This document shows, one piece after another, positions 51,717 through 61,078 of a stretch of 64,000 bases of DNA (position 1 is the first letter of the stretch; each line of letters starts with the position of its first letter). The notes beneath the pieces are model-generated. The model had not been told where the DNA came from, made no database searches, and was given only the letters and a program-made list of their open reading frames with translations. The DNA lies in contig CAWILT010000001.1 of assembly GCA_963837025.1 (NCBI GenBank), positions 273,155-337,154 of the forward strand, in the 5' to 3' direction. The position numbers and the translations under genes are program-made. The DNA comes from an uncultured Alphaproteobacteria bacterium. GTDB lineage: Bacteria > Pseudomonadota > Alphaproteobacteria > Rickettsiales > JALZUV01.

Positions 51717-52544
51717 ATGCCTGAATTACCCGAAGTTGAAACTGCCCGTCGCGGATTAGAGCAAGCCCTTTCCAACAAAAAGATAGAATTGGTTGAGGTT
51801 CGCCGCCGCGATTTGCGCTGGCCTATACCCGATGATTTTGAAGAAATTGCACACGGGCAAACCATTCAAAATTTCGGCCGTATTGGTAAATATTTGCATC
51901 TTGATCTTACCAATAGCTATAGCATTTTAGGCCATCTTGGCATGTCGGGAACGTTCCGTGTGGAGCCAAGTTATCCACAGCAGTTACGCACACATGATCA
52001 TATAGTTATCCAGTTTGAAAGCAAAGAAACGGCGATATTTAACGATGCAAGGCGCTTTGGCTTTCTATTACTAAGTAAAACTGAGGCTCTTAGACAACAT
52101 CCACGCCTTATTCACATGGGGCCAGATCCCTTTGATAAAGCGAATTTCAACGTTTCATATTTGACAAAAGCGTTAAGCCGAAGAAGTGGCGCAATTAAAC
52201 CGATTTTATTAAATCAAAACGTAGTCTCCGGCATCGGAAATATCTATGCGAGTGAGGCATTATTTAGCGCGAAAATCCATCCGAATAGGCCGGCTGATTC
52301 ATTATCAAAATCAGAAATATCCCTTTTAATCAAATCGGTTAGAGTTGTTTTAACTGCAGCGATAGCATCAGGTGGTTCAACTTTGCGCGACTTTTCAGGC
52401 ACGTCAGGTCAAGCCGGCTATTTTCAGCATTCTTTCAATGTTTATGGGCACGCTAATCAACCTTGCCGGGTATGCAAAAATCCACTTAAGGTTGCAAAGT
52501 TAGCCGGTCGTAGTACTTTTTTTTGTGAAATCTGTCAGAAATAA
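51717..52544 (+). CDS. mutM: formamidopyrimidine-DNA glycosylase
   Basis: Start at MPELPEVE (ATG 51717). C-terminal zinc finger CRVC...FFCEICQ. Confidence 0.9.
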   Translation: MPELPEVETARRGLEQALSNKKIELVEVRRRDLRWPIPDDFEEIAHGQTIQNFGRIGKYLHLDLTNSYSILGHLGMSGTFRVEPSYPQQLRTHDHIVIQFESKETAIFNDARRFGFLLLSKTEALRQHPRLIHMGPDPFDKANFNVSYLTKALSRRSGAIKPILLNQNVVSGIGNIYASEALFSAKIHPNRPADSLSKSEISLLIKSVRVVLTAAIASGGSTLRDFSGTSGQAGYFQHSFNVYGHANQPCRVCKNPLKVAKLAGRSTFFCEICQK

Positions 52545-52684
52545 CGGACTGTTACTTACTAACACCCCTAAATTTAACACTTTATTTTTGTGGAAAACTT
52601 CGTTAAACGCGCTTGACGTAAAAGCCACAGATGGGTAGTTTGCGTGAATTGAAACAGTAAATTTTTAAGAATTGGTTAACACAG

Positions 52685-52957
52685 ATGGCACAACATCAAT
52701 CAGCTAAAAAGCGTATTCGTCAAACCGAAACGCGTGAAGCAATTAACAAAGCTCGTCGTAGCCGTATCCGCACGTTCATTAAACGTATTGATACCGCTAT
52801 CGAAGCAGGCGACGCCGCAAAGGCTGACACTGCATTTCGTGATGCTCAACGCGAAATTGCGCGTGGTGTTACCCGTGGCGTGATGAAAGCAGAAACTGCT
52901 TCTCGCAAAACAAGTCGTCTTAGCGCTCGCGTTAAGGCATTTAAACAAGCTGCCTAA
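52685..52957 (+). CDS. rpsT: 30S ribosomal protein S20
   Basis: 90 aa. MAQHQSAKKRIRQTETR... Confidence 0.92.
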   Translation: MAQHQSAKKRIRQTETREAINKARRSRIRTFIKRIDTAIEAGDAAKADTAFRDAQREIARGVTRGVMKAETASRKTSRLSARVKAFKQAA

Positions 52958-53029
52958 CACAGCTTTTTAAAAACCTAATTTAGTTTAACTTTAAGATCGG
53001 TGTAAAGCCGGCACAGGGAGTCTTTTACT

Positions 53030-53464
53030 ATGTCCAACCATGCGGAGGATACACACCAGCCTAATGCGATTGCATCGAATGAAGCGGTAAAAGAAATTAC
53101 ATCTTCTCAAGCATGGCAGCTATTACAGGATAAAAAGACATTATTGATTGATGTGCGTACAGAGCAAGAATTGCCAGATGCAGGTCAACCAACATTACCA
53201 AATGAAGGTGGGGAATATCATCTTATCTCTTGGCGTTTAGCGCCAAACTTTCAAGCAAATCCGCACTTTATTGAAAGCCTTAAACAAACGGTAAATAAGA
53301 GTCAGGCCGAAAAACTGCTCTTTATCTGTCGCTCAGGCGGTCGCTCATATGAAGCCGCCCAAGCAGCAATGGCAGAAGGTTTTACGGAAAGTTACAATGT
53401 AACGGACGGTATGGATGGTGAACAAGGCTGGAAAGCGTCAAATATGGCATGGAGCGTCAAATAA
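53030..53464 (+). CDS. rhodanese-like domain protein
   Basis: 144 aa. LIDVRT...ICRSGGRS active-site loop (CRxGxR). Confidence 0.75.
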   Translation: MSNHAEDTHQPNAIASNEAVKEITSSQAWQLLQDKKTLLIDVRTEQELPDAGQPTLPNEGGEYHLISWRLAPNFQANPHFIESLKQTVNKSQAEKLLFICRSGGRSYEAAQAAMAEGFTESYNVTDGMDGEQGWKASNMAWSVK

Positions 53465-54871
53465 ATGGTATCACAGCGCAACGCTTCATCATCTAACACT
53501 CCAGCAATCAGTGCCGAGTCTGAGCGTGTATGGCTACGAGTACGCGATCGTTTACGCGAAGAGCTGGGCGAAACTACCTATCGCAGCTGGTTACTTCCGC
53601 TACAATTGCAAAGTGCTTCGGACACATCAATTTTCTTAGCAGTTCCTACACGCTTCATGCGTGAATGGGTGCAATCACATTATGCAGAACATTTAGAGCG
53701 CATCTGGAGCGAGGAATTACCAAGCCTTAACCAGTTTAGTATTGTGGTGGATAGAAGCGCAGTAGCCGCTGCACCCAGCAATAAAGAAGCGATTAAAGCT
53801 GAAGCTACGCAAATGGATGAAGATGATAAACTCCAATCCATATCTTCACCCTTAGACCCCCGATTCACGTTTGAAAATTTTGTTACGGGCCACCCCAACG
53901 AGCTAGCCTATGCAGCAGCTATGCGTGTAGCCAATGGCGATAAAGTGTTAACAGGGTGTAATCCACTCTTTTTATATGGTGGAGTAGGGTTAGGCAAAAC
54001 GCATTTAATGCATGCTATTGCATGGCAAATTCGCCAAAAAGACCCTGAACGCCGCGTGATTTATTTATCAGCCGAAAAATTTATGTATCAATTTATCCGC
54101 GCTTTACGCAGTAAAGAAGCCTTCGCATTCAAAGAACTTTTCCGCTCTGTTGATGTTTTGATGATTGACGATGTGCAGTTTATGGCTGGCAAAGAAAGCA
54201 CGCAGGAAGAATTTTTCCACACTTTTAATTCGCTAGTCGATCAAAATAAGCAAATCGTCATTAGTGGCGATCGCTCACCATCTGAGATGGAAGGGCTTGA
54301 AGAGCGTATTCGATCGCGTTTAGGCTGGGGTTTAGTGGCTGATATTCATTCGACTACTTACGAGCTACGTTTGGGCATTTTACAATCCAAGTTGGAGCAA
54401 ATGCCATCCGTGCAAGTGCCGAGCAAAGTGATTGAATTCTTGGCGCATAAAATTACCTCAAACATTCGTGAGCTTGAAGGGGCCTTGAACCGTGTGGTTG
54501 CGCATTCAACCCTAGTAGGACACGCTATAACACTAGAAACCACGCAAGATGTACTTTCAGACTTGTTGCGTGCCAATGACAAACGTACCACGATTGAAGA
54601 TATTCAGAAAAAAGTAACTCAGCATTTCAATATCAAAATGGCCGATATGCAATCCGCCCGCCGCTCGCGCGTTATTGCTCGCCCGCGTCAAATTGCAATG
54701 TTTTTAGCCAAAAGACTCACCTCGCGCAGCCTGCCTGAAATTGGCCGCAAATTTGGTGGGCGCGATCATACCACGGTTATTCACGCGGTAAAACGTATTG
54801 AGCAATTATGCAAACAAGATAACAGTGTTGCCGAAGATGTTGAATTATTGATGAGAATGTTGCGCGGATAG
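53465..54871 (+). CDS. dnaA: chromosomal replication initiator DnaA
   Basis: 468 aa. GGVGLGKTHL Walker A, IDDVQF, SNIRELEGAL, and the C-terminal DNA-binding motif GGRDHTTVIHA. Confidence 0.95.
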   Translation: MVSQRNASSSNTPAISAESERVWLRVRDRLREELGETTYRSWLLPLQLQSASDTSIFLAVPTRFMREWVQSHYAEHLERIWSEELPSLNQFSIVVDRSAVAAAPSNKEAIKAEATQMDEDDKLQSISSPLDPRFTFENFVTGHPNELAYAAAMRVANGDKVLTGCNPLFLYGGVGLGKTHLMHAIAWQIRQKDPERRVIYLSAEKFMYQFIRALRSKEAFAFKELFRSVDVLMIDDVQFMAGKESTQEEFFHTFNSLVDQNKQIVISGDRSPSEMEGLEERIRSRLGWGLVADIHSTTYELRLGILQSKLEQMPSVQVPSKVIEFLAHKITSNIRELEGALNRVVAHSTLVGHAITLETTQDVLSDLLRANDKRTTIEDIQKKVTQHFNIKMADMQSARRSRVIARPRQIAMFLAKRLTSRSLPEIGRKFGGRDHTTVIHAVKRIEQLCKQDNSVAEDVELLMRMLRG

Positions 54872-54881
54872 TTATATTATC

Positions 54882-54890
54882 TGTGGATAA
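54882..54890 (-). promoter_or_regulatory. consensus DnaA box (TTATCCACA on minus strand) in the dnaA-dnaN spacer
   Basis: The plus strand reads TGTGGATAA, 11 nt after the dnaA stop, and is followed by AT-rich sequence. Confidence 0.55.
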
Positions 54891-54976
54891 CTCACTTTAA
54901 ACATTGCTTCACAACGGCTTCAACCCTATATTTTTTGAAATAATTAAGAATATTTTATGGATTAAGGGAGTTTACT

Positions 54977-56140
54977 ATGTCCGCATTGGAAAAACAAAGC
55001 GCACCAGAAGTTGCCGCGGCATTGCACGCAGAAATTAAACGCGCTGATTTATTAAAGTCGCTAAACTACACTCAGTCAGTAGTTGAGCGTCGTGGCACCA
55101 TTCCTATTCTTTCAAACATTCGTATTGAAGCGGCAGATGGCGGCATCAAACTTACTGCAACGGATATGGACATCTCAGTCGAAGATAAAGCTGAAGCTTC
55201 ACTGAAGACAGAAGGTGCAACCACTGTTCCAGCCCACACTTTTTTCGATATTATCCGTAAACTACCCGATGCGAAGATGATAACGTTGAATAAAGCAGCC
55301 GATGATAATAAACTTATCATTCGCAGCGGCTCATCACGTTTCTCACTTTCAACTCTGCCCGTTAACGACTTTCCCGTGATGGATGAGGGCGATTTAACGC
55401 ATCACTTTTCTCTACCTGCAGCAGAATTGCATAATTTAATTGAAAAAACTCGCTTTGCAGTTTCAACCGAAGAAACCCGCTATTATTTAAACGGCGTTTA
55501 TATGCATACAACGGAAGAAAACGGCAATAAAGTGTTGCGCACCGTTGCTACAGACGGCCATCGTCTAGCGCGCTTAGAAACCTCCGTTCCCGATGGTGCA
55601 GCAGGTATGCCAGGCGTAATTATTCCACGTAAAACAATCGGCGAGTTGCGTAAACTAACCGAAGTAACCGATGGAAACATCGACATTTCCCTTTCTGAAA
55701 CAAAAATCCGCTTTAAATCAGGCGATACCGTACTGATTTCAAAGTTAATCGATGGCACTTTCCCCGACTACACGCGCGTTATCCCCGCCAATAATGACAA
55801 AATTTTAGAAGTGAACTGCAAAGATTTAGCCAATTCGGTTGATAGGGTTTCGGTCATCGCTACTGAAAAATCGCGCGGAATTAAACTACACCTCACACAA
55901 GGCAATCTCAAGCTATCTGCTAATAGCCCCGAACATGGTAACGCGTCTGAAGATTTAGAAGTAACCTTCTCAGCCGATGAAATTGAAATAGGTTTCAATT
56001 CTCGCTATCTGCTTGATATGCTCGCGCAAATTGAGGGCGAAACGGTTCAGTTTGTGCTCGCCGAATCGACTGCGCCTGCATTAGTGCGCGATCCGGGTGA
56101 TGTGGGTGCTATCTATGTTATCATGCCGATGCGAGTCTAG
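54977..56140 (+). CDS. dnaN: DNA polymerase III beta sliding clamp
   Basis: 387 aa, three-domain clamp. ATDGHRLA motif and a ...YVIMPMRV C-terminus. Confidence 0.95.
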   Translation: MSALEKQSAPEVAAALHAEIKRADLLKSLNYTQSVVERRGTIPILSNIRIEAADGGIKLTATDMDISVEDKAEASLKTEGATTVPAHTFFDIIRKLPDAKMITLNKAADDNKLIIRSGSSRFSLSTLPVNDFPVMDEGDLTHHFSLPAAELHNLIEKTRFAVSTEETRYYLNGVYMHTTEENGNKVLRTVATDGHRLARLETSVPDGAAGMPGVIIPRKTIGELRKLTEVTDGNIDISLSETKIRFKSGDTVLISKLIDGTFPDYTRVIPANNDKILEVNCKDLANSVDRVSVIATEKSRGIKLHLTQGNLKLSANSPEHGNASEDLEVTFSADEIEIGFNSRYLLDMLAQIEGETVQFVLAESTAPALVRDPGDVGAIYVIMPMRV

Positions 56141-56169
56141 TCGCAGCTATCTGCGAGAAACTTCCCTCT

Positions 56170-57312
56170 ATGGCGCATCGCATCAGTGTTCAAACACTAA
56201 CCCTTAGTCATTTCCGAAATTATCCTTCGTTAATGGTTGAAACCGAGGGTAAATCGATGGTGATTACTGGCGCAAATGGAGCAGGAAAAACCAATCTACT
56301 CGAAGCAATTTCACTCTTAGCAGCCGGCAGGGGGCTGCGCGGCGCGAAGCTTTCACAATTTCAATATCAGCCTATTTCGCATGATAATGGCTGGGGTGTG
56401 GCCGCGGAAATTATCACGGGCTCGCAAAGCGTTTCATTCGGCACAGGCCAACAACAAGGCAAAAAAGATAAGCGTATTATCCGCATAGATGGCGAAACCA
56501 TGCGTGGTCAATCATGTTTAGCGGAGCATTTTGCAGTTTTGTGGCAAACCCCACAAATGGACGGCCTTTTTAGCCAAGGCCAAAGCGAAAGGCGTATGTA
56601 TTTCGATCGCATCTGCAGCGCATTTACGCCAGAACATTCCTCACTAATTGCTAAATTTGATTATTTGCGCCGTGAAAGAGCCAAGCTTTTAAGCGCAATG
56701 CGTAACGATACACAGTGGCTCAACTCGCTCGAATTAAAAATGGCCGAAACAAGCATGGCCATCGCTGCTTCACGCATCGAGCTGCTAAACGCGCTCAACC
56801 ACGCACTTGCTGAACTAAACCACATTTTTCCAAAAGCTATCTTATCGTTCAACAGCACAATTGAAGCCGAATTATTAGCTGAAGAAACGCCCGCCATTCA
56901 GGTTGAGGAGCGGATTATTAGCCAATTAGCACAAAGCCGTGCGGCCGATGCTGTCACAGGCAGAGCCAGCTTCGGTGCGCATAAAATGGAGCTTGAAGTT
57001 ATATTCGCACCCAAAGGCGTAGAAGCCGCCTATTGCTCTACGGGTGAGCAAAAGGCGCTCATGCTTTCATTATTATTGGCGCAAGCACAATCCATTCGCC
57101 AACGTCAAAAACGCTTACCCATTTTGTTGCTCGATGAAGTAGTCGCGCATTTAGATAACAACCGTCGCGCTGCTTTATTTGAAACATTGGATGATTTAAA
57201 CTGCCAATGCTGGATGACCGGAACCGATACCACGCTTTTCTCACAGCTAAAAAATGTGCAATTTGCAACTGCACAAGAAGGCAAATTATCACTTAACGCC
57301 ACAGCAAATTAG
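56170..57312 (+). CDS. recF: DNA replication/repair protein RecF
   Basis: 380 aa. [13 protein letters not shown] Walker A, SMC-like signature STGEQKAL, and LLLDEV Walker B. Confidence 0.9.
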   Translation: MAHRISVQTLTLSHFRNYPSLMVETEGKSMVITGANGAGKTNLLEAISLLAAGRGLRGAKLSQFQYQPISHDNGWGVAAEIITGSQSVSFGTGQQQGKKDKRIIRIDGETMRGQSCLAEHFAVLWQTPQMDGLFSQGQSERRMYFDRICSAFTPEHSSLIAKFDYLRRERAKLLSAMRNDTQWLNSLELKMAETSMAIAASRIELLNALNHALAELNHIFPKAILSFNSTIEAELLAEETPAIQVEERIISQLAQSRAADAVTGRASFGAHKMELEVIFAPKGVEAAYCSTGEQKALMLSLLLAQAQSIRQRQKRLPILLLDEVVAHLDNNRRAALFETLDDLNCQCWMTGTDTTLFSQLKNVQFATAQEGKLSLNATAN

Positions 57313-57331
57313 TGCTAAACCCCAAGCCAGT

Positions 57332-57421
57332 GGACAGGTGGCCGAGTGGCTGAAGGCGCACGCTTGGAAAGCGTGTTTACGTGCAAGCGTAACGCGGGTT
57401 CGAATCCCGCCCTGTCCGCCA
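57332..57421 (+). tRNA. tRNA-Ser (GGA)
   Basis: GGACAGGTGGCCGAGTGG...CACGC-TTGGAAA-GCGTG...long variable arm...GGGTTCGAATCCCGCCCTGTCCGCCA. Acceptor pairs as GGACAGG/CCTGTCC. Confidence 0.9.
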
Positions 57422-57584
57422 CATAGTCCACTCTTACACCTCTATCAAAGAATCTAGCGCGTGGTGCGCCGCTACAGGCGGTGTTCACGTATGCATCCCG
57501 TTTGACCATTCTCAGAGAATCATCAATTCACCCTCATTTCGCCCCATTCTCTTTCTCGTAAATAAGCCGGAAGGTCAAACCCAC

Positions 57585-57763
57585 AATTCCCTGTTAAACA
57601 GGGAATTAACAGGGAATATTTTTATTTCCTGTTCTTGGTTCTAATATCGAGTTAGCTGTGTAGAAGAGTATGCCTAGATTTCAGAAGATTATAATGGAAA
57701 TCACCCCAAAATTAACAGGGAATTAAATGCCGATAACAGAGCGTTTAAAATCAATTACAGAGA
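57585..57763. repeat. cluster of TAACAGGG-type motifs, including a perfect 23-bp palindrome
   Basis: aattccctgtt-a-aacagggaatt (57585-57607). Further copies are ttaacagggaat (57606-57617), attaacagggaatt (57711-57724), and degenerate ataacagag / attacagag just downstream. Confidence 0.6.
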
Positions 57764-57778
57764 GTTTTTTTGCTTTAT

Positions 57779-58250
57779 TTAATGACTTAAAAAGGTAAGG
57801 CTTTCTTGGATGCATCGATTAACATAGTTCTCACCATGATGATTACGAGTTGCAATATCAGATAACGTCTCGCCCGCAAAATGCTGGTCTCGCCAAACGA
57901 TGCCTTTCACAATACGCGCAAGCTGGTCGCTAGGTATATCCAGAAAATCCGCATTATCAGTAGATTTGGCTTGAATTACAACGGCACCGTTTTTTGTACG
58001 TCTAGCGTTATAAGGTAAGACGATATTCAACTTTGTGAGGGAGGGGCTCTCCAACTTAATGTCAAGCGTGGCTGTAAGATATTGATGCAGTTTAACGGGA
58101 TCAAATTGTAGCGTCATCTTATCTGACTCAATGATTGCCATGCTCAATATAGATTGCAGATCATCGTGCTGAATAGCCGCGAGGCTTGGACATGCATTGC
58201 CGCCTCCCGGACATAAAGTCGGAAAACGGCATCATTTGTGGTTGATGCCA
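57779..58250 (-). pseudogene. C-terminal remnant of a serine-recombinase-like protein
   Basis: The 122-aa ORF (57779-58147) has only a TTG start. The frame stays open upstream to a TGA, reading ...LCPGGGNACPSLAAIQHDDLQ (a zinc-ribbon-like pair of Cys motifs). The C-terminal HTH-like ETLSDIATRNHHGENYVNRCIQ resembles tails of alphaproteobacterial recombinase-family proteins (from memory). No catalytic domain is present. Confidence 0.35.
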
Positions 58251-58596
58251 ACCACCCAGACGAGGTTTGAAGCCCCGGCAAGCACAAACTATGCTCGCAG
58301 AAAAACATTAGCTCTCGTAGAGGAGTTATTCAAATGATTAGTGCTGACTGCATTAGTTTGGGGAATTTATGGTCGCTTAACAAACTGCTTGTGTAGCAAA
58401 GCACAGTTCCACTAGTATTTATCAAAAAAAATTACCACCCCTAATGTTAACGAAATTACTGATGGGAAGGGCAGCAGGTACTTTGGAGTTATCGGAACCT
58501 CATATAGCACAAGTAAAGGAATCCAAAAAATAGTAGCAATACCAATTATTAGGCCAATAGGTTACTTAGTTAGCACTTTATTATCACCTCAGGATA

Positions 58597-59997
58597 TCAA
58601 CTAGATTTTCGTAGATTAACAAATGAAGGGCGTGATATTGGATTTCTTCGCGGCATTACTACGCCAGCGATAGTTATTGGAACGCGCTTGAAGGCTATTA
58701 TACTTCCAAAACGTCTAACTATGCAGTCCATGTGGTGTGTGCCCACATAGGCAGAGTACTCATTTGCTTTATTTGAATTTACACTCACCCTATGCCTCAT
58801 ATTATTAACATACTCAACTTCACCACCTTGATTACGTACAGTCCAATTAATTTGCGAACCTGCAGGTAGAATCTCTGAGTTGGTAATTTCAAAGTATATA
58901 TCACAGTCTTTTGGGACAGAAGATAGCTTGTTAGTTCCTTTGTATACCTTATTAGGGTTATTTCTAGGAATTGCGCGGACATCAATATTAAGGCTTACTT
59001 GTGGCACCATTACATTAGATTTTGTTTCAAGCACTATTTCTTGCGGCATAGGGAAATAATGATCGAATGCTTCGTTCCATTTATCAGCAGCATCTATTTT
59101 AGTATCGGCTGCCAAAGCCTCCTGTGCAATTAAACTAAATGAATTAAGATCTGTTATAAAATGATCGAAAGCCTCTTCACTAATTCGGCTGGCCAAATCT
59201 TCTGTATTTTCATTTTCGACTGGATTAAAAACTTCTTTATTGTCATCTAAACGCTCAGCCATTTTTCTCAGCACGGCTGCGAGAGCATCATCGTCTGCGG
59301 CCACTTTAGCATCTGGCAAACCTTTAAATGCTTCAGCAATTAGAACTGTAAGCAAAATTGAAGATGGACGCTCGTCATCTTTAAATCTTAAAGCTGCCCA
59401 GCACTTAACAAATTGCACCACTCGCCGAACTTTACTTCTACGGTAGTCATCAAACTCATTCTTAAACCATAAGTTAAAAGCTTTTGGATCACTTGTTTCC
59501 CATTTAACATCAGTTGCCAGGTTTCGTTTATCCAAGGATGGACGAAGATGATAGCATGGAACATCAATGTGAAATTGGCCTTCAAATCTTATCCGCGAAC
59601 AACGAGCTTTTGCAGGCGATATTATTTCCAGAATATCCTCAGAACCATCTGTTTTATATTCAAAAAGTGATTCCTGAACAAATTCTCTCAGGCGTTTTGG
59701 GCTGTATTCACCATCATCTGATTTGGCTTCCCAAGAAAAAATAATTCCAAGATCTATATCAAACTCTTTCATATAACCAATCGGTTTGATTTGAGTAAAT
59801 GTTTGATAAGACCCTTGCAGACGACTAGTAACTGGATAGCCTGTTTCATCTTTCAGAATTGGCCTTAAAAAGTCCGCCAAGTCGTTCCAACGCTGCTTCT
59901 GCTCTTCAAATTGTTCGTCAGTTGGCACAATTCGTTTGTACAGTGTTTCTTCGCTGCTATCGTTTGAATTGTAAAATAACGATGATGTTAACCCCAT
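58597..59997 (-). CDS. CBASS cyclic oligonucleotide synthase (CD-NTase / SMODS) with ~130-aa C-terminal extension
   Basis: 466 aa. Pol-beta NTase motifs: QGSY (GS), EFDIDLG ([DE]hD) and a third acidic residue in FHIDVPCY. It is immediately downstream of, and co-oriented with, a patatin gene. The extension may be an AGS-C-type sensor domain (inference). Confidence 0.8.
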   Translation of the reverse strand: MGLTSSLFYNSNDSSEETLYKRIVPTDEQFEEQKQRWNDLADFLRPILKDETGYPVTSRLQGSYQTFTQIKPIGYMKEFDIDLGIIFSWEAKSDDGEYSPKRLREFVQESLFEYKTDGSEDILEIISPAKARCSRIRFEGQFHIDVPCYHLRPSLDKRNLATDVKWETSDPKAFNLWFKNEFDDYRRSKVRRVVQFVKCWAALRFKDDERPSSILLTVLIAEAFKGLPDAKVAADDDALAAVLRKMAERLDDNKEVFNPVENENTEDLASRISEEAFDHFITDLNSFSLIAQEALAADTKIDAADKWNEAFDHYFPMPQEIVLETKSNVMVPQVSLNIDVRAIPRNNPNKVYKGTNKLSSVPKDCDIYFEITNSEILPAGSQINWTVRNQGGEVEYVNNMRHRVSVNSNKANEYSAYVGTHHMDCIVRRFGSIIAFKRVPITIAGVVMPRRNPISRPSFVNLRKSS

Positions 59998-60033
59998 ATT
60001 TTCCTCAACTGAACTCCCTATATAATTAGGGTA

Positions 60034-61032
60034 TTATGCTTTTGAATCATAGAATACTGGATTAGGTGCTTGATGTCGAAGCATTTCAAGCAGTAGTTTG
60101 TCGCCAACATATTGTTGATAAGATGTATCTGTAACGCCCAAGATAGTCTTTATTGCTTCGGGGGTAGCAACATCAAGAGCTAAATGGCTTTCCTGTTGTG
60201 CTGATTGCAAATAATCAATTATGAGGTAATTATCATCTAACTTATGTTTGATAATATTTTCTGTATGCATTTGCTGAGAAGCCATTACTACACGTATTAG
60301 CTTTTGGTCTTTTGCCCAGTTAATTAGCCCAAGTTTATCACCTTGTGCATGTGCCAATGAGAAGCTTGATGTGGTTGTGCCGATGCTCAACATCCGTATA
60401 TCTCTACTGGCTATGTCAAAAAAATGTTCGGCTTCATGCATAGCTGCCAAATCTGGCGCATTGGCATATAATCCGCCATCGGCAAATAAGGAATTATTGA
60501 TACGTGCTAACGGAAAGTAAATTGGTGCTGCAGAAGTTGCTAACGCAACATTCAGCGCGTTAATGTAGAGATCGCGCTTAAAGCTGGGGTGGTGTGGAGT
60601 TTTGAAAAACTGAGGACTGCCTTTAGTCAAGTTTACTGTAGGTATGATGACTGGGTGCTTTAAATCACCTAAGGTAGTTTCTTTACCTAGTAATGATACG
60701 ATAGTCTCTCGTAACGCTTTATATGAATATTTTGGTTTTGTTAGAAAACGCAGAATATCATAATATCCCTTAATGCCAGACTGCCTAGCGCGAGGTGAAA
60801 AAATCTTTGCCCCATTCTCTTCAAACTGCTCTCGTATAGTTTTTGCCGGTACTTCTGCCGCTAACCCTAAAGCTATTATTCCGCCTATTGACGTTCCAGC
60901 TATTAAATCAAAACTGCGAGCAATTGGCTGCCCGAGCTGTTCTTCAATTTTTTCAATGATAGATATAGTGTAAAGCCCTAAAAACCCACCACCGCTCAGA
61001 CTTAATATTTGAAATGTCATTGCTGCTCCCAT
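60034..61032 (-). CDS. capV: patatin-like phospholipase, CBASS effector CapV-like
   Basis: 332 aa. Oxyanion SGGGFLGLY, nucleophile GTSIGG (GxSxG) and catalytic ADGG (DGG/A). Confidence 0.85.
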   Translation of the reverse strand: MGAAMTFQILSLSGGGFLGLYTISIIEKIEEQLGQPIARSFDLIAGTSIGGIIALGLAAEVPAKTIREQFEENGAKIFSPRARQSGIKGYYDILRFLTKPKYSYKALRETIVSLLGKETTLGDLKHPVIIPTVNLTKGSPQFFKTPHHPSFKRDLYINALNVALATSAAPIYFPLARINNSLFADGGLYANAPDLAAMHEAEHFFDIASRDIRMLSIGTTTSSFSLAHAQGDKLGLINWAKDQKLIRVVMASQQMHTENIIKHKLDDNYLIIDYLQSAQQESHLALDVATPEAIKTILGVTDTSYQQYVGDKLLLEMLRHQAPNPVFYDSKA

Positions 61033-61078
61033 CCACTCTAGTTTGACAGTACCTAAAATTTACAACCCAACAAGCTAT

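Noticed and set aside
51972-51980. A second perfect DnaA box (TTATCCACA).
   Set aside because: It lies inside the mutM coding sequence. About one chance occurrence of a given 9-mer is expected in 64 kb when both strands are counted, and there are no neighbouring boxes.
57254-57509. ORFs 57254-57457 (+) and 57315-57509 (-).
   Set aside because: They overlap the tRNA-Ser gene and the recF 3' end, and are artefacts of the structured tRNA sequence.
58412-58561. A 49-codon open frame on the minus strand just downstream of the CD-NTase encodes a very hydrophobic peptide (IGLIIGIATIFWIPLLVLYEVPITPKYLLPFPSVISLTLGVVIFF). It could be a small 2-TM CBASS effector.
   Set aside because: It has no ATG and no convincing RBS; the only start is an internal GTG. 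It is below the size where chance ORFs in AT-rich DNA can be excluded. It is reported only as something to check with homologous loci.
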